Shown in pieces: positions 40,785 through 54,340 of a stretch of DNA of 64,000 nucleotides; position 1 is the first letter of the stretch, and every line of letters starts with the position of its first letter. The position numbers and the translations under genes are program-made. The stretch is from Mobula hypostoma. Lineage: Eukaryota. The notes beneath the pieces are model-generated. The model did not search any database and was not told where the DNA came from. It worked only from the letters and a program-made list of their open reading frames with translations. Location: NCBI RefSeq assembly GCF_963921235.1, contig NC_086108.1:63180001-63244000 (forward strand), given 5' to 3'.

Positions 40785-41722
40785 ATTATGACAGTATGTT
40801 ACATGAGCCACATTAAGTGCAATCATCTACTTTGGTACCCTGTTCCTGTATTTTTTCTCATTGCTCTTGATCCTGTGGGATCAAGAAATATATCTACCTC
40901 TTCTTTTGAATATATTTAATGACTTGGCTTCTATTGCCTTATGTTTTATAAAATTCTGTAGGTTTATTACCTTTGGGGTTTAAAAAAAAATCTACTGATC
41001 TCAGTTTTAAATGGCATATCCAGTAGCCTGAGGATGAAATCCCTGGTTTCGGATGGTTCAGTCATTGGGAATATCCTCCATGTATCTAGTCTCTTTAGTC
41101 CTGTTTGAGGTTAATGGATTTCCAAGAGATCATCTCTCAGTGTCCTGACCTCAAGGTAACATAGGTCTAATTGATTTTCTCTCCTCTGACATTAGTCTGT
41201 CATTAGAAGGATTGGTCTGTTACACCTTGTTGCATTCACTCCACGGCAAGAATGTCCATCCTCAGTTAAGCAGATCAAATCTGCACAAAATTCATTGACG
41301 GCACTGTACAGGTGTAGAACGTCATGCTGGTGGCTTGGGCAGAGACCTGGACTGCCCATCGCTTGGACCCATAGGTGGCCATTTTGGCCAGGCGCAGGAG
41401 TAAACCTACTGGTAGTTCCTTCGAGTGACCCGCCCCTTCATACAGGGTGCCTATATATCAGGAGTATGGGGCTGAAGTGAAGCCAAAACCTGAGGAGCAG
41501 CCTCTTCAAATATTCATATAGGAGCTTCTGCAGAAATTCTCCTGCAGTTAGGGCCAGTTTGCTATTGCCCTTCATTACAACTTGCTGCACCTGAGAATAC
41601 TTGCCTTAAGAAACTGGTATGCAAGGGGACCTGGGTCTCATTATTTTATTAATTTACTTTTATATGCACAAGTACATGTATGCACAGGTACAATGGAAAA
41701 ACTACTTGCAACGGTATCATTA

Positions 41723-42222
41723 ACTCAGTGGCCACTTTATTGGGTTCAGGAGGGGAATCTGGTGTGATCCTCTGCTGCTGTAGCCCATTATCTTGAAGTT
41801 TCAACATGTGTGTTTAGAAATGCTCGTCTGCACACTACTGTTGTAACGTGTGGTTATTTGAGTTACAGTCACCTTCTTGTCAGCTTGATCCAATCTGGCT
41901 ATTCTCTTCTGACCTCACTCATTAACAAGGCGTTTTTGCCATTTTGTGTTTCTCTCATTAATCCCTGTAAACTCTTAGAGACAGTTGTGAAAATCCCAGA
42001 TGATCAGCAGTTTTTGAGATACTCAAACCTTTGTTGGTCTTGCACCAATGATCATTCCAAAGTTACTTAGATCATATTTTGTTCCCATTCGGATGTTTGG
42101 TCTGAACAACAACTGAACCTCTTGACCATGTCTACATCCTTTTATCCATTGAATTGCTGCCATGTGATTGGCTGATTAGATATCTGCATTACGTGGGTGT
42201 ACCTAATAGTAGCCAATGCGTA
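41723..42222 (-). mobile_element. Non-autonomous Tc1-like element
   Basis: TIR-like actcagtggccactttatt / cctaatagtagccaatgcgt. Contains an HTH-coding remnant (LSISKTADHLGFSQ) shared with the 40350 MITE. Confidence 0.7.
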
Positions 42223-42624
42223 TATGAGCGGCATTCATAAGGAAAACATAATTTAAGCAAATTTTACATGAATGAACATAATTAGAACAAAGAGGTCCTT
42301 CTTAGTGTCAAGCGATCAAGGACATCATAGTGTCTGACTTAGTTTGATACTTTGAGCCAACTGACTTAAACTGCATCTGTTATGAATTTTTCCACTCTGC
42401 TAATTAATTTAGGTCACACAGGAACACCTTTGAATTCTCACAGCTGACCTATCATCCCTCTGCATCATATTGTTTACAAAGTTTAGAGATTTTATTACTC
42501 ATTTCCTCTTCTAATTCATTAAGCTGTGTTGTGAATAACTGAGATCCAGGAACTGATCCCTGTAGCTCCCCACTTGTCAGTGCCTGCCTCTGGTAAAAGA
42601 AGCACTCATTCCTGTTATCTTCTT

Positions 42625-42852
42625 GTAAACAACAGGAATTCTGCAGATGCTGGAAATTCAAGCAACACACATCAAAGTTGCTGGTGAACGCAGCAGGCCA
42701 AGCAGCATCTATAGGAAGAGGCGCAGTCGACGTTTCAGGCCGAGACCCTTCGTCAGTCCTGACGAAGGGTCTCGGCCTGAAACGTCGACTGCGCCTCTTC
42801 CTATAGATGCTGCTTGGCCTGCTGCGTTCACCAGCAACTTTGATGTGTGTTG
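42625..42852 (-). mobile_element. Penelope-derived foldback mini-element with 14-bp TSD
   Basis: TSD cctgttatcttctt at 42611-42624 and 42853-42866, around near-perfect inverted arms of ~95 bp. Confidence 0.92.
42754..42791 (+). ncRNA. Minimal type I hammerhead ribozyme motif
   Basis: cagtc-CTGACGA-agg(gtctcgg)cct-GAAAC-GTC-gactg: 5-bp stem I, conserved core, 3-bp stem II and loopless palindromic stem III. Predicted cleavage after C42786. Confidence 0.78.
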
Positions 42853-45800
42853 CCTGTTATCTTCTTCCTGGTTGTCAGTCTATTCTCATTGTAATCACAT
42901 GTGCTTTAATTTTGTTTGTATAAGATCTTATCAAAAGCTGCAAGCCCAAATCCACGGATTCTCCCTCAAAAAAAGTTTCACCCTCAAAAACATTTATTAA
43001 ATTTGTAAGCATGATTTCCCTGCTGACTCTGCTCAATCCAGTTAGATTTCCCGGTGTTTTATTGTTGTGTCTTTTACAAGGACTCCATCATTTTCACCAC
43101 TGTTGATATTTCACTAACTATATTCATAGAGTTATATAGTGTGGAAGAAGCTTTTCGGCCCAACTGTCCTTGATAACCACGATTCCCGTTTAACCATGTT
43201 TGGCCTCTTTGCTTCCTGCCAGTCAGCCACTGCTTTATCCATGCTAGAATCTTTCCTGGAATACCATAGGCTTGGAGTTTGTTAAGCAGCGTCATGTACA
43301 CAACATGAACCCATTCTCTTTTGTCCTTCCTGCTTATTGTTCCTTCAAAGAATTTCAACAGATCTGTCGGGCAAGGATTTCCCTTGAGGAAACCATGTTG
43401 ACTATGGCCTATTTTACCATGTGCCTCCAAGTACCCTGAAACCACATCCTTAACAATCGACTCCAACATCTTCCCAACCACTGACATCAGACTAAATGAC
43501 CTACAGTTTCATTTCTTCTGCCTTTCTCCCTTCTTGAAGAATGGAGTGGCATTTGCAATTTTCCAGTCTTCTGGAACCATTGCAGATTCTAGTGATTCTT
43601 GAAAGATCATTACCAATGCCTCTACAATCTCTTCAGCCACCTCCTTCAGAACCCTGGGGTGTACACCATTTGGTCCAGGTGACTTATCTACCTTCAGATG
43701 TTTCAGTTTCTTCTGAACCTTCTTCCTGGCAATGGTGAATTCACATTCTTTATGACCCCGTCACCTAGAACTTCTGCCATACTGCTAGTGTCTTCCACAG
43801 TGAAGACTGATGCAAGATGTTTAGTTCATCCGCCATTTTTCTTGTCCCCCATTGCTACCTCTCCAGCATGGTTTTCCAGTAGTCCAATATCCATTCTCAA
43901 CTGTCTTTTACACTTCATGTATCTGAAAAAATTTTTGGTATCCTCTTTAATATTATTGGCTAACTTACTTACATATTCTATTTTTACCTGCTTAATGACT
44001 TTTTTTAGTTGCCTTCTGCTGGTATTTGAAAGCTTCCAGTCCTCTAACTTCCCAATAATTTTTGCTCTATCATATGCTTTTATGTTGGCTTTGATTTTTT
44101 TTTTGACTACTGTTGTGTCATCTTGTCCTTGGAACACTTCTTCCGCTTCTGGATGTATATATCCTGTGTCTTCCGAATTACTTCCAGAAATTCCAGACAT
44201 TGCTGCTCTGCTGTCATCTCTTCCAGTGTTCTTTTTCAATCATTTCTGACCAACTTCTCTCTCATGCCTCTGTAATTCCCTTTACTCCACTGTAATACTG
44301 ATACAACTGACTTTAGCTTCTCCTTCTCAAAATTCAGGGAGAATTTGATCATATTATGATAACTTGCCCCAAAGGGTTCTTTTACTTTAAGCTCTCTAAT
44401 CAATTCTGGTTGATTGCACAACACTCAATCCAGAATAGCTGATTCCCTAGTGGAGTCAATCAATAGCTGCTCTAAAAAGCCATCTTTGTCTGCATTCTAG
44501 AAATTCCCCCTCTTGGAATTCAGCACCAACCTGATTTTCCCAATCTACCTGCATAATGAAATCCCCCATGATTATAGTAACATTGCCCTTCTAGTGTGCA
44601 TTTTCTATCTCCCTCATGTTGGAAATCTGTTATCTTCTAATGCTTGGAAGTCTGTTATTTCAGTGCCAGAGCAAGTCTTAGACTTTGTTCAGTAGTATAC
44701 TTAGCAGGAGTACCTTCAAATGCTGCATCCAGCTATTTTCAGCTACCTTAAGATCAGAAATTGAGTTGTTTGGTGCTCAGCATACTGTTTTCAAACTGCA
44801 GTCTCTGAGATAATAAACTACCCATCCATCTAAAAGCACCAGTGTTGACAAATAGTCAGTAACATAAGTGATACAATTACAGTCTCCAAAAGGAAAGTCT
44901 AACAAAATTGCCTTGAATTCATGTCATTGAATTATCTATCCCCACTTATCAACATTCTGAATTAATGGTGATAAGAAACTGAACTTGGCATGCCCCATAT
45001 TTCCAAGGTGACCAGAGTAGGTCATAAGCTGGTATTCTGTGGCAAGGAGGCAGGCTTAGTTTTTAATAATTTACAAGTGTCTTAGCTAGTTTTCTTAAAA
45101 CATTATCTTTAATACTCTATGAAGCAGTTTTAAATGTCTCTGAATGCCATTAAATGACACTGATTTTAGAACCACGCAGTCAAGAAAGGGTTCATCTTGG
45201 CTATCAAGACTGTCAGGGGCTTATGAGACTGAACTTATGGTCATTAGTTGGAGACCCTGCAGTCCTTCAAACTGATGTCGCTGCGGTATAGAACATGGCC
45301 AACAGGATAGACTCTCAGAAACTGGATGTGGTAAAAATGCATTTTGAGATGTACTCTGAGTAGTATATTTAGAGATGATATGTGATCCATTCACGTTCTG
45401 CTGGTAAATTCAAACTATAAGAGGATTCCATGACATACCAGAGACTTCAGAATGTGGGTGCATTGCAGAGTAACAACGATTAACCTGTTTAGTTATGGCA
45501 GTTATCTGAAGATATTATCACATTGCACTCATATAACTCATTTACTGCTTCCTTTCTTTGGGAGGTGGAAGGTATGAAGCAGTTTCTCTGAGATATACAG
45601 CCATTGCAGGTTCAGTCTGTTGACTGGCCTTTTTCCAACGCTACAACTACTTAAACGGCGTGACATCTTGACTCAGCTCACTGTTGACTTGTGTCTCTTT
45701 AGTTGATCCTACTTCCACTCCTGAAATAAATACATCATATATTCCTTCAGCTTGTTCTGATAAGTTTTTCACTACAATTTTGGTATATTGTCAATCTAGG

Positions 45801-46709
45801 CACTTCAGAATTCCAGGTGACGCAGACTTGTTCTATCTTGCCAGTATCCCGCTTATGAGTGTTGTACTTGTGTATTGGTTTTAACACTCCCCTTCTCATT
45901 GTCTGAATTGCTTTATGCATTTTCTCAATGACTTGCTGCAATATAAATCATAATTCTCCTTTTGTTTCAGTTGCTGTCTTTCCACTCTCTACTTAAACTA
46001 GGCTATACCAACTTGGGGCATGTTCAAAGCCTATGATTCATCAACAGCTCTGCTGGGATGAATTTTGTCCTAGAATAAATGTAATTGTATCAAGTTAGCT
46101 AACCAATGATTAAACTGGAACAACTTTGGAAAACTTGCTTTTTCAAGGCTTTTTTCAGAATACAGAGATGGTCTGCCTGCACTGGTAGATGTTCAAATGT
46201 ATGGGAGAAGGTAACAAATCTTTGATACCATTGTATCATGTGAAATGTTCAAGCAAAGATATGGTGAACTGTGGTGCATTGTCTGACATCAATTCTTCAG
46301 GTATATCATATGTCTCAAAAACCAACTCAGCTCCTCAATAATGCAATCTGGTGTTGTACAAAATCCACATATCTACCTTCATTCCATTTTGAGAGTTTAT
46401 CTGTAGGTTTTGTCATTGTCTTTTGTGACAAAAATCAATGCAGACTCTTTAGTAGTCACATTGATGACTTGGACATCTGTTATGACATCTTTAGTGGTTT
46501 TTTTCTGTACTCTTGACAGATTCTAAATGATAACATTAAATCTCCTGGAAATAGTCTTCTTTAGTTACACTGACAGTTCGTTCTAAATGTAATTCTTCCA
46601 AAATCTGTTTTCTTGGAGGCTATGGGGGATAGCTACTGTATTCATTATTATTAAGGAAGTGACAACATGATGATCATTGGAAAATCATGATACAATCTAG
46701 CTGAGTTAG

Positions 46710-48340
46710 CATGGCATTACATGACAAATTGAACAAATTTATTTAGAATGCCGACAGGTACGAGATGTTGCACTTTTGTAGGACCAACTAGGTTAGGTAT
46801 TACACAGTGAATGGTAGGGCCCTGGAGAGTGTGGTAGAACAAATAGATCTGGAATACAGGTCCATAATTCTTTGAAAGTGGTGTCACAGATAGGATCGTA
46901 AAGAAAGCTTTTGGCACATTTCCTTTATAAATCAATTTATTGCGCACAGAGGATAGGATATTATGTTGAAGTTGTGTAAGATGTTGGTGAGGCCTAACTT
47001 GGAATATTGTGTGCAGTTTTGGTCATCTACCTGCAGGAAAGATGGAAATCAGTTTGAAAGAGTACAGAGAAAATTTACAAGGATGTTGCTGGGTCTGAAG
47101 GACCTGAGTTATAAGGAAAGATTGAATAGCATAGGACCTTATTTCTTAGAACTTAGAAGATTGAGAGGAGATTTGATAGAAGTATACAAATTTATAAGGA
47201 GTCTAGATAGGGTAAATCCAAGCAGGCTTTTTCCATTGAGGTTTGGTGGGACTACAACCAGAGGTCATGGGTTAAGGTTGAAAAGTTTAAGGAGAACATG
47301 AGGGGAATCTTCTTCACTCAGAGAGTCGTGAGAATGTGGAATGAGCTGCCAGCACAAGTGCAGCTCGATTTCAATGTTTAATGGAAGTTTGGATAGGTAC
47401 ATAGATGGTAGGTGTATGGAGGGCTAAGGTCTTGTTGCAGGTCGATGGGAATAAGCAGTTTAAATGTTTTCAACATGCATTAGATGGGCAATAGGGTGTA
47501 TTTCTATGCTGTATTTCTCTATGACTTTAATTCCTTATTGATTGTAATGAGCGGGGCAAGTGGAGGGTCAACTCAAGTTTATTGTCATGTGCACAAGGAA
47601 TGTAGCTACAGGCAACATACAGAATATAAATTATGCATAACATTATACCAAACCGTTGGAAAAAAAAGACTGCAAACCAGATTGGACAACCAGTAGATAT
47701 AGTTTTACCAGTAAGCATTCAAGCTGAAAACTCAAGGCATGAGGGGAAATATATTAAAATGGATGGAGGATTGGCTTACTAACTGACAAGAGAGTCTGGA
47801 TGAACAGGTAATTTTCAAGTTGCTAGGCTGTCATTCATGAGATGCTGCAGAGGTCAGTGCTAGTGCCTTAACTGTTTACTATATACTGTGTATTCTTCAA
47901 TCTATAGTTGTCAATCAGATTCTGATTTAGGCATATGCTGATTTATTTTTGTGGGGATATAGTGGTTTGGAGAGGTTGCACTAACTTGAATCCTGGGATG
48001 AAGGGGTTCTTCAATGAAAGATTGAAGACATTGGATTTGTATGCAGTTTAGAAGAATAACCATGTAACATAATCTCAGAATAAGAGGTCATCCATTTAAA
48101 ATGGAGATAGAAATGAATCGTTGGAATCCTTTATCCCAGAGGATTGTGGAGATGAAATTATTAAACATATTCAAGATAAAGCTAGACTAGTATTTGATCA
48201 ATAGGTGATTTGTGAGATTTTGAGAATAGTGGCAAAATAGAACTGAGGCCAAGGTTAGAGCAGCTGGGGGTTGATCTAGTGGCAGAGCAGGCTTAGATGG
48301 TGGGTGGGGGGGGAGGTGGGGGTGGGCATATCCTCCTATT
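46710..48340 (+). mobile_element. Two CR1 3' fragments (~46710-47525 and ~47720-48340)
   Basis: LVRPNLEYCVQFWS...ERVQRKFTRML...RRLRGDLIEVYK...TRGH, with tail ttctatgctgtatttctctatgact. Confidence 0.85.
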
Positions 48341-49029
48341 TGTAATATTTTTTTACTCCCCATTTCAGACATCCTGAGCTGACAGTTTAAGTCATCTATT
48401 ATCAAATCACCATTTTACATATTTATCTGAACCTGTCCAAGCTTTAAGATTACTTATAAACTTGTTTTGGAAGAACATGATGCTCTGTTGTCCAGTGCCT
48501 TAATGGGGCTCTGAAAGTTATCATGTAGTCGTCATGTTAAAATATGTGCTTTCAACTATTTTGTCAATATCTTACTATCTTTATGGTCTTACAGATAAAA
48601 CTTCTGCTTTTAAACAGTTTCGTTAATTGATCTTTGATCTTAACTGGCTCCTACCCAGTAATGTCAGACACTCAGTCAGCAATAAGTATTGGGAATTATT
48701 ATACATTGTATTTGCTTTAGGATCTTAAGTAATTCACCTGAATAGGTCTTGAGTTTAATTGTAATTCCTGTCTAAGGAGGATTATTGAAATTCCTATTAT
48801 GGACACCTCCACCCATGAAAGTCTTCGTCTGTGTCAATCAATGATCAACATTGTAACTTTAAAATCTTCTTTCTTCTTAGCATTGTGATTGTAGGGCAGG
48901 TGTCAATCAGATTAAATTCTGTATTATCTGCATCTGTTCTGATGTTATACAAACTCCCTCTGTACCTTGTTATTAGAAAACGTACCATCTGTGCAACTGC
49001 TATATTGGTATACAGCTGTGGATATGGCT

Positions 49030-52000
49030 GTTGGCCATAAGACCGTAAGACACAGGAGCAAAATTAGGCCATTCAGCCTATCGAGCCTGCTCCACCCCTG
49101 CGTCATGGCTAATCCCAGATCTCACTTAACCCCATACATCTGCCTTCTCACCATATCCTTTGATGCCCTGAGCAATCCGAAAACTATTAACTTCTGGCTT
49201 AAATATACGCACAGACGTGGCTCTACCCCAGTCTGTGCCAGACTTAAATCTGTGGCATTCCACAGATTTACTACTCTCTGGCTAAAAGAATTCCTCCCTA
49301 CCTCTGTTCTAAAGGGTTGCCCTTTAATTTTGAAGCTGTGCCCTCTAGTTCTGGATACCCCTACCATAGGAAGCCTCTTCTCCACATCCACCCTATCTAG
49401 ACCTTTCAACATCAGACAGGTTTCAATGAGATCTCCCCCCCCCCGCCGCATTTTTCTAAATTCCAGTGAGTACAGGCCCAAAGCTACCAAACGTTCCTTA
49501 TATGTTAACCCCTTCATTCCCAGAATCATCCTTGTGACCCTCCTCTGGACTCTCTCCAATGGCAGCACATCTGAGACATGGGGCGCAAAACTGCTGACAA
49601 TACTTCATGTGCGGCCTGACTAGTCTCTTACAAAGGCTCAGCATTATGTCTTTGCTTTTATATTCTATTCCCCTTGAAATACGAGGGGATGCCAACATTG
49701 CATTTGCCGCCTTTACCACAGGCTCAACCTGTAAATTAACCTTCTGGGAGTCTTGCACAGGGACTCCCAAGTCTTTCTGCACCTCTAATGTTTGAACCTT
49801 CTTCCCATTCTAATAATCGTCCCCACTATTGGTCCTTTTACCAAAATGCATTTCCCAATACTGCATTCCTGTGCAATCGCATTGCTTCCTTCGCACTACC
49901 TACCCCTCCACCTGTCTTCATATCACCTGCAAACTTTGTCACAATGTCATCAATTCCATTATCTAAATTACTGACAAACAATGTGAGAAGTAGTGGTCCC
50001 ATTACTGATCCCTGTGGAATACCACTAGTCACTGTGGCCAAACAGATTTCCCTTTACAGAAACCATGCTGACTTTGACTTATTTTATCATTAGTTTCCAA
50101 GTACCTCAAAGCCTCATCTTTAATAATAGACTCCAACCACTGAGGTTAGGTTAAGTGGCCTATAATTTCCTTTCTTTTACCTTCCTCCATTCTTAAAGAG
50201 TGGAGTGACATTTGCAATTTTCCGGTCCTCCAGGATCATGCCAGAATCAAGTGATTCTTGAAGATCATGACCACTGCATCCGTTATCTCTTCAGAGACCT
50301 CTCTCAGGACTCTGGGATGTAGTCCATCCGGTCCAGGTGACTTATGTGCCTTAAGACCTTTGAGTTTGCCTGGCACTTTTTCCTTTGAAATAGCAATGGC
50401 ACTCACTCCTGCTCCCTGACATTCACGGACCTCTGGCACACTGCTAGTGTCTTCCACAGTGAAGACTGAAGCAAAGTACTTACTAAGTTTATCTGTCATT
50501 TCTTTCTCCAGTATTACTACCTCACCAGTATCATTTTTCAGTGGTCCAATATCAATTCTCACCTCCCTTTTACGCTTTATAGAACTGAAAAACATTTTGG
50601 GATCCTGTTTTATATTATTGGCTAGTCTGCCATCATATTTCACCTTTTCCCTTCTTGTAGCTTTTTTAGTTGCCTTTTCTTGGATTTTAAGGCTTCCCAG
50701 TCATCCAACTCCCCATTCACTTTTGCTACCTTATATGCCCTTTCCTTGGCTTATATGCAGTCCTTAACTTCGTTTGTCAGCCACAGTTGCCTATCTCTGC
50801 CACTTGAGATCTTCTTCCCTTGTTGGGACATATCTGTCCTGTGCCTTGTGAGCTATTCTCAGAAACTTAAGCCATCTCGGCTCTGCTGTCATCCCTGCCA
50901 GTATCCTCCTCCAATCCACCTGGGCAAGCTCCTCTCTTATGCCCCTGTAATTCCCTTTATTCCATTGCGATACTGATACATGTGAGTTATGCTTCTTCCT
51001 GTCAAATTGCAGTATCATTTCAATCATATTATGATTACTGCCTTCTAAGGGTTCCATTACGTTAAAGTGACTGATAAAATCTGGTTTATTACACAACACC
51101 CAATCTAAGATAGCCTTTCCTGAGTAAACTCAAGCACAACCTGCTCTCAAAAGCCATCTCGTAGGCACTCAACAAATTCCCTCTCTCAACACCAACCTGA
51201 TTTTCCCAATCGCTTTACATATTGAAGTCCCCCATTACAATTGTTTCGTTACTCTTATTACAGGCCTTATCCAGCTGCCTTTCCAATCTCAACCCCACAT
51301 CTTGGCTACTATTTGGAGGCCTATATATAATTCCTGTAAGGGTTTTTCTTTACCCTTGTAGTTTCTTAACTCCTCCCACAAAGATTCATCATTCTCTGAC
51401 CCTATGTCACCTCTTTCTAAAGATGTAATTCCACTTCTTACCAACAGAGCCACACCACTGTTTGTCCTTCGATACAAAGTATATCCTTCGATGTTAAGCT
51501 CCCAACTATAGCCACCTATCAGCCACGACTCAGTGATGCCCACAACATCATACCGACCAATCTCTATAATTGTGCCCCAAGTTTGTCCACCTTATTCCGA
51601 ATGCTACGTGCATTTAAATACAGCACCTTCAGTCCTACATTCTTCGCTGTTTTGAATTTTGCCTCTGTAGTACAATTTAACTCTTTGCTTTGTCTGCATT
51701 TGTACCCAGTCATTGGCTTGTCCTTTCTTACTTTCATGTTAAACCCATCATCTACTTTTAAGACTGCTGGCACATCTTCAGCTCTATCATATCCATGCTA
51801 TATTAGTTTAAACCACTCCTTACAGCGTTAGTAAATCTGCCTGCAAGAATATTTGTCCCCCACAGATTCAAATGCAATCCTTCCCATTTGTACAGGTCTC
51901 GCCTGTCCTAGAAATGGTCCCAATTAACCAGAAATCTGAATCCCTGCTCCCTGCTTCAAGTCTTCAGCCACACATTTATCTACTACGTCATTCTATTCCT

Positions 52001-54340
52001 ATCCTCACTGTTGCGTGGCAGAGGTAGCAATCCTGAGATTACTACCTTTTGAGGTCCTGCTTCTCAGCTTCCTTCCTAACTCCCTGTATTTTTTTAGAAC
52101 CTCCTCCTTTTTTGTTCCTATGTCATTGGTACCAATATATCCCACGACTTCTGGCTGCTTACCCTCCTTTTACAGGATACTGTGGACGCATCCGGAAACA
52201 TCTTGAATCCTGGCACCTGGGAGGCAAACTACCATCCATGTTTCCTTTTTGCATCCACAAAATCACCTAACTGTCTCCCTGCTAGAGAGTCCCCTATTAC
52301 TGCTGCTATCCTTTTCAGTTCCCTACCCTTCTGAGCCATAGGGCCTGACTCAGTGCCAGAGGCATGGTCGCTGTTGCTTCCCCCAGGTAAGTCATCTCAC
52401 CCAACAGTACAGGTTTCCCCCGCCATCCGAAGGTAGAGCGTTCCTATGAAACGGTTCGTAAGCCGGAATGTCGTAAAGCGAAGAAGCAATTACCATTTAT
52501 TTATATGGGAAAATTTTGTGAGCGTTCGCAGACCCAAAAATAGCCTACCAAATCATGCCAAATAACACATAAAACCTAAAATAACAGTAATATATAGTAA
52601 AAGCAGGAATGATATGATAAATACACAGCTTATATAAAGTAGAAATACTTTTCCATAATCATTGCCTGAACTGTTCTCCGTAGCGAAAATCTCACGCAAG
52701 CGCCATCGGCAAAAACACGGCGCAAGCGCTCTCCAGTAACCTTTAAGCTATGAAGCTGCCAAATCATACCAAATAACACGTAAAAATACACAGCCGTTAT
52801 AAAGTAGAAATATGTATGTACAGTGTAGTATCACTTACCGGAATTGGGAAAGCGCGGAGCACACTGATGGTGGTGTGTTAGACTGAGTCATTGGTGCTTG
52901 GGTGGTGCAGTGGCCCCCACCCTCCGGACAGCAAACCGATACAGATCCGCGAAGCATGCAGGGGTCCACAGCACACCTTTAAGCAAAAAGCCGAAATAAA
53001 CATGCTAATTAATTAGGTGCCGCCTGGCACGTAATTGTCGGCCCAGATCAGTGCCAATTGCCGATTGCATCGCCTCTGATCTGGGCCGATAATTACATGC
53101 CGGACAGTACCTAATTAATTACTATGTTTATTTCAGCTTTTTTCTTAAAGATGTGCTTTGTGTCTCCCGGTTACTGCTGCATTCTCCGTGAATCAGTATC
53201 TGCCTGCTGCCTGGGTGTTGGGGTGGTGGGACACTGGGGTGTCACCTCGTCATTTGTTTCCATTAGAGCAGGCAGCTCATCTTCTCCTATGACTGCCCGC
53301 CTCGATGTGGAAGGTCGAGGTTCGTCGTCTGCTGTGGCTAATGTGGAAGGCTTGCTTGACCGCTGAGCCTCACGCATATTCCTATCATACAGTTCTTTGT
53401 AAGCACTCAAACCATTCTGCAAATATCCCCTAATCCGACGTACCCTTTCAAAATTAAAGTCATCATTACTCATTCGGTTTCGATTGTTATCCTTTCCTCT
53501 TCCAATTGCATCAGCTCTTCATCTATCAGTTCTTGGTCATGAAATGCCTAAACCTCTTCAACATCATCTTCGTCAGCTTCCACAAGCCAAACTCACTTAG
53601 TCCTTACTTCGTTCATCACGATCAAAACGCTTAATTATATCTAGTTTTACGCTAAGTGTAACACCCTTACGAGCTCTTTCAGGCTTTTCCGATACCATAG
53701 AACTCATCTTGCAAACAGCTGCTCACAGGCACGTGTTTAAGCAATGCCGGCAAGAATGCAGTTCCGAATCCGGGGGAGAGCGGCTGCTCGGGGCGCGCGC
53801 TGCTTTTTTCATAACAGGTTTCGTAAAGCGAACGTTTGAAAAGCGGGGGACACCTGTGTTCAAACTGGAGTACATATTGTTCAGGGGAATGGCCACTGGG
53901 GTGCTCTCCACTATCTGATGTTCTCCCTTCCCTCCTCTGACAGTTACTCATTTATCTGTTTCCTGTAGAGTTGGGGTGACTACCCCCTGGAGCTTCTATC
54001 TATCACCCCTTCACTCTCCCTAAGAAGCCAATGGTGATCAAGTGCAGCTCCAGTTCCCTAATACGGTCTTTAAAGAGCTGCATCTTGATGCACCTAGTGC
54101 AGATGTGGTCATTGGGGAGGATGGGCGTCTCTTGGGAATCCCACATCTGACACACAGAACAGAAGCCCTGTTGAGCCAAAGACTTATTACTCTGACTCAA
54201 GACTATGAAGACGACCGCTCTCACGATATCTGCTCCGCTAGCTGGTACCTATCTTTTATAGAGACTGGGTTTTTAAAAGCTCTTCGTTGGATCTGCGTGG
54301 GTTTGCTCCTGTTGCATTTCCAATCAATGACTCCTGTTGG
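49030..54340 (-). mobile_element. Long decayed CR1 (ORF1 and ORF2), interrupted by a Tigger-like element
   Basis: ORF1 CSVCQMW..HICTRC. Endonuclease YLNARSIRNK and GITESWL. RT KSPGPDGLHPRVL and SGIPQGSVMGPLL. 3' region RNSFSQRVVNLWN. Confidence 0.9.
52410..53856 (-). mobile_element. Tigger/pogo-like internally deleted DNA transposon
   Basis: TA|caggtttcccccgc ... gcgggggacacctg|TG termini. Acidic transposase C-terminal remnant (GFVEADEDDVEE..ELIDEELMQLEEE..NFER..YKELYD). The flanks rejoin as CR1 ORF1. Confidence 0.85.

Larger units (their letters stand above)
42370..44620 (-). mobile_element. Decayed CR1 ORF2 fragments
   Basis: SVVGKMLESIVKD..SQHGFLKG, LANNIKEDTKNFFRY, EPFGASYHNMIKF. Confidence 0.85.

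Noticed and set aside
14519..42852. Dispersed palindromic repeats as a CRISPR-like array or miRNA genes
   Set aside because: No repeat-spacer periodicity. Each copy has its own TSD and matches a Penelope terminus.
45971..45996. Possible phase-1 terminal exon (tttgtttcag|TT GCT GTC...TAA)
   Set aside because: Only an acceptor-like site and 8 codons, with no independent support. The similar site at 48369 was rejected for the same reason.
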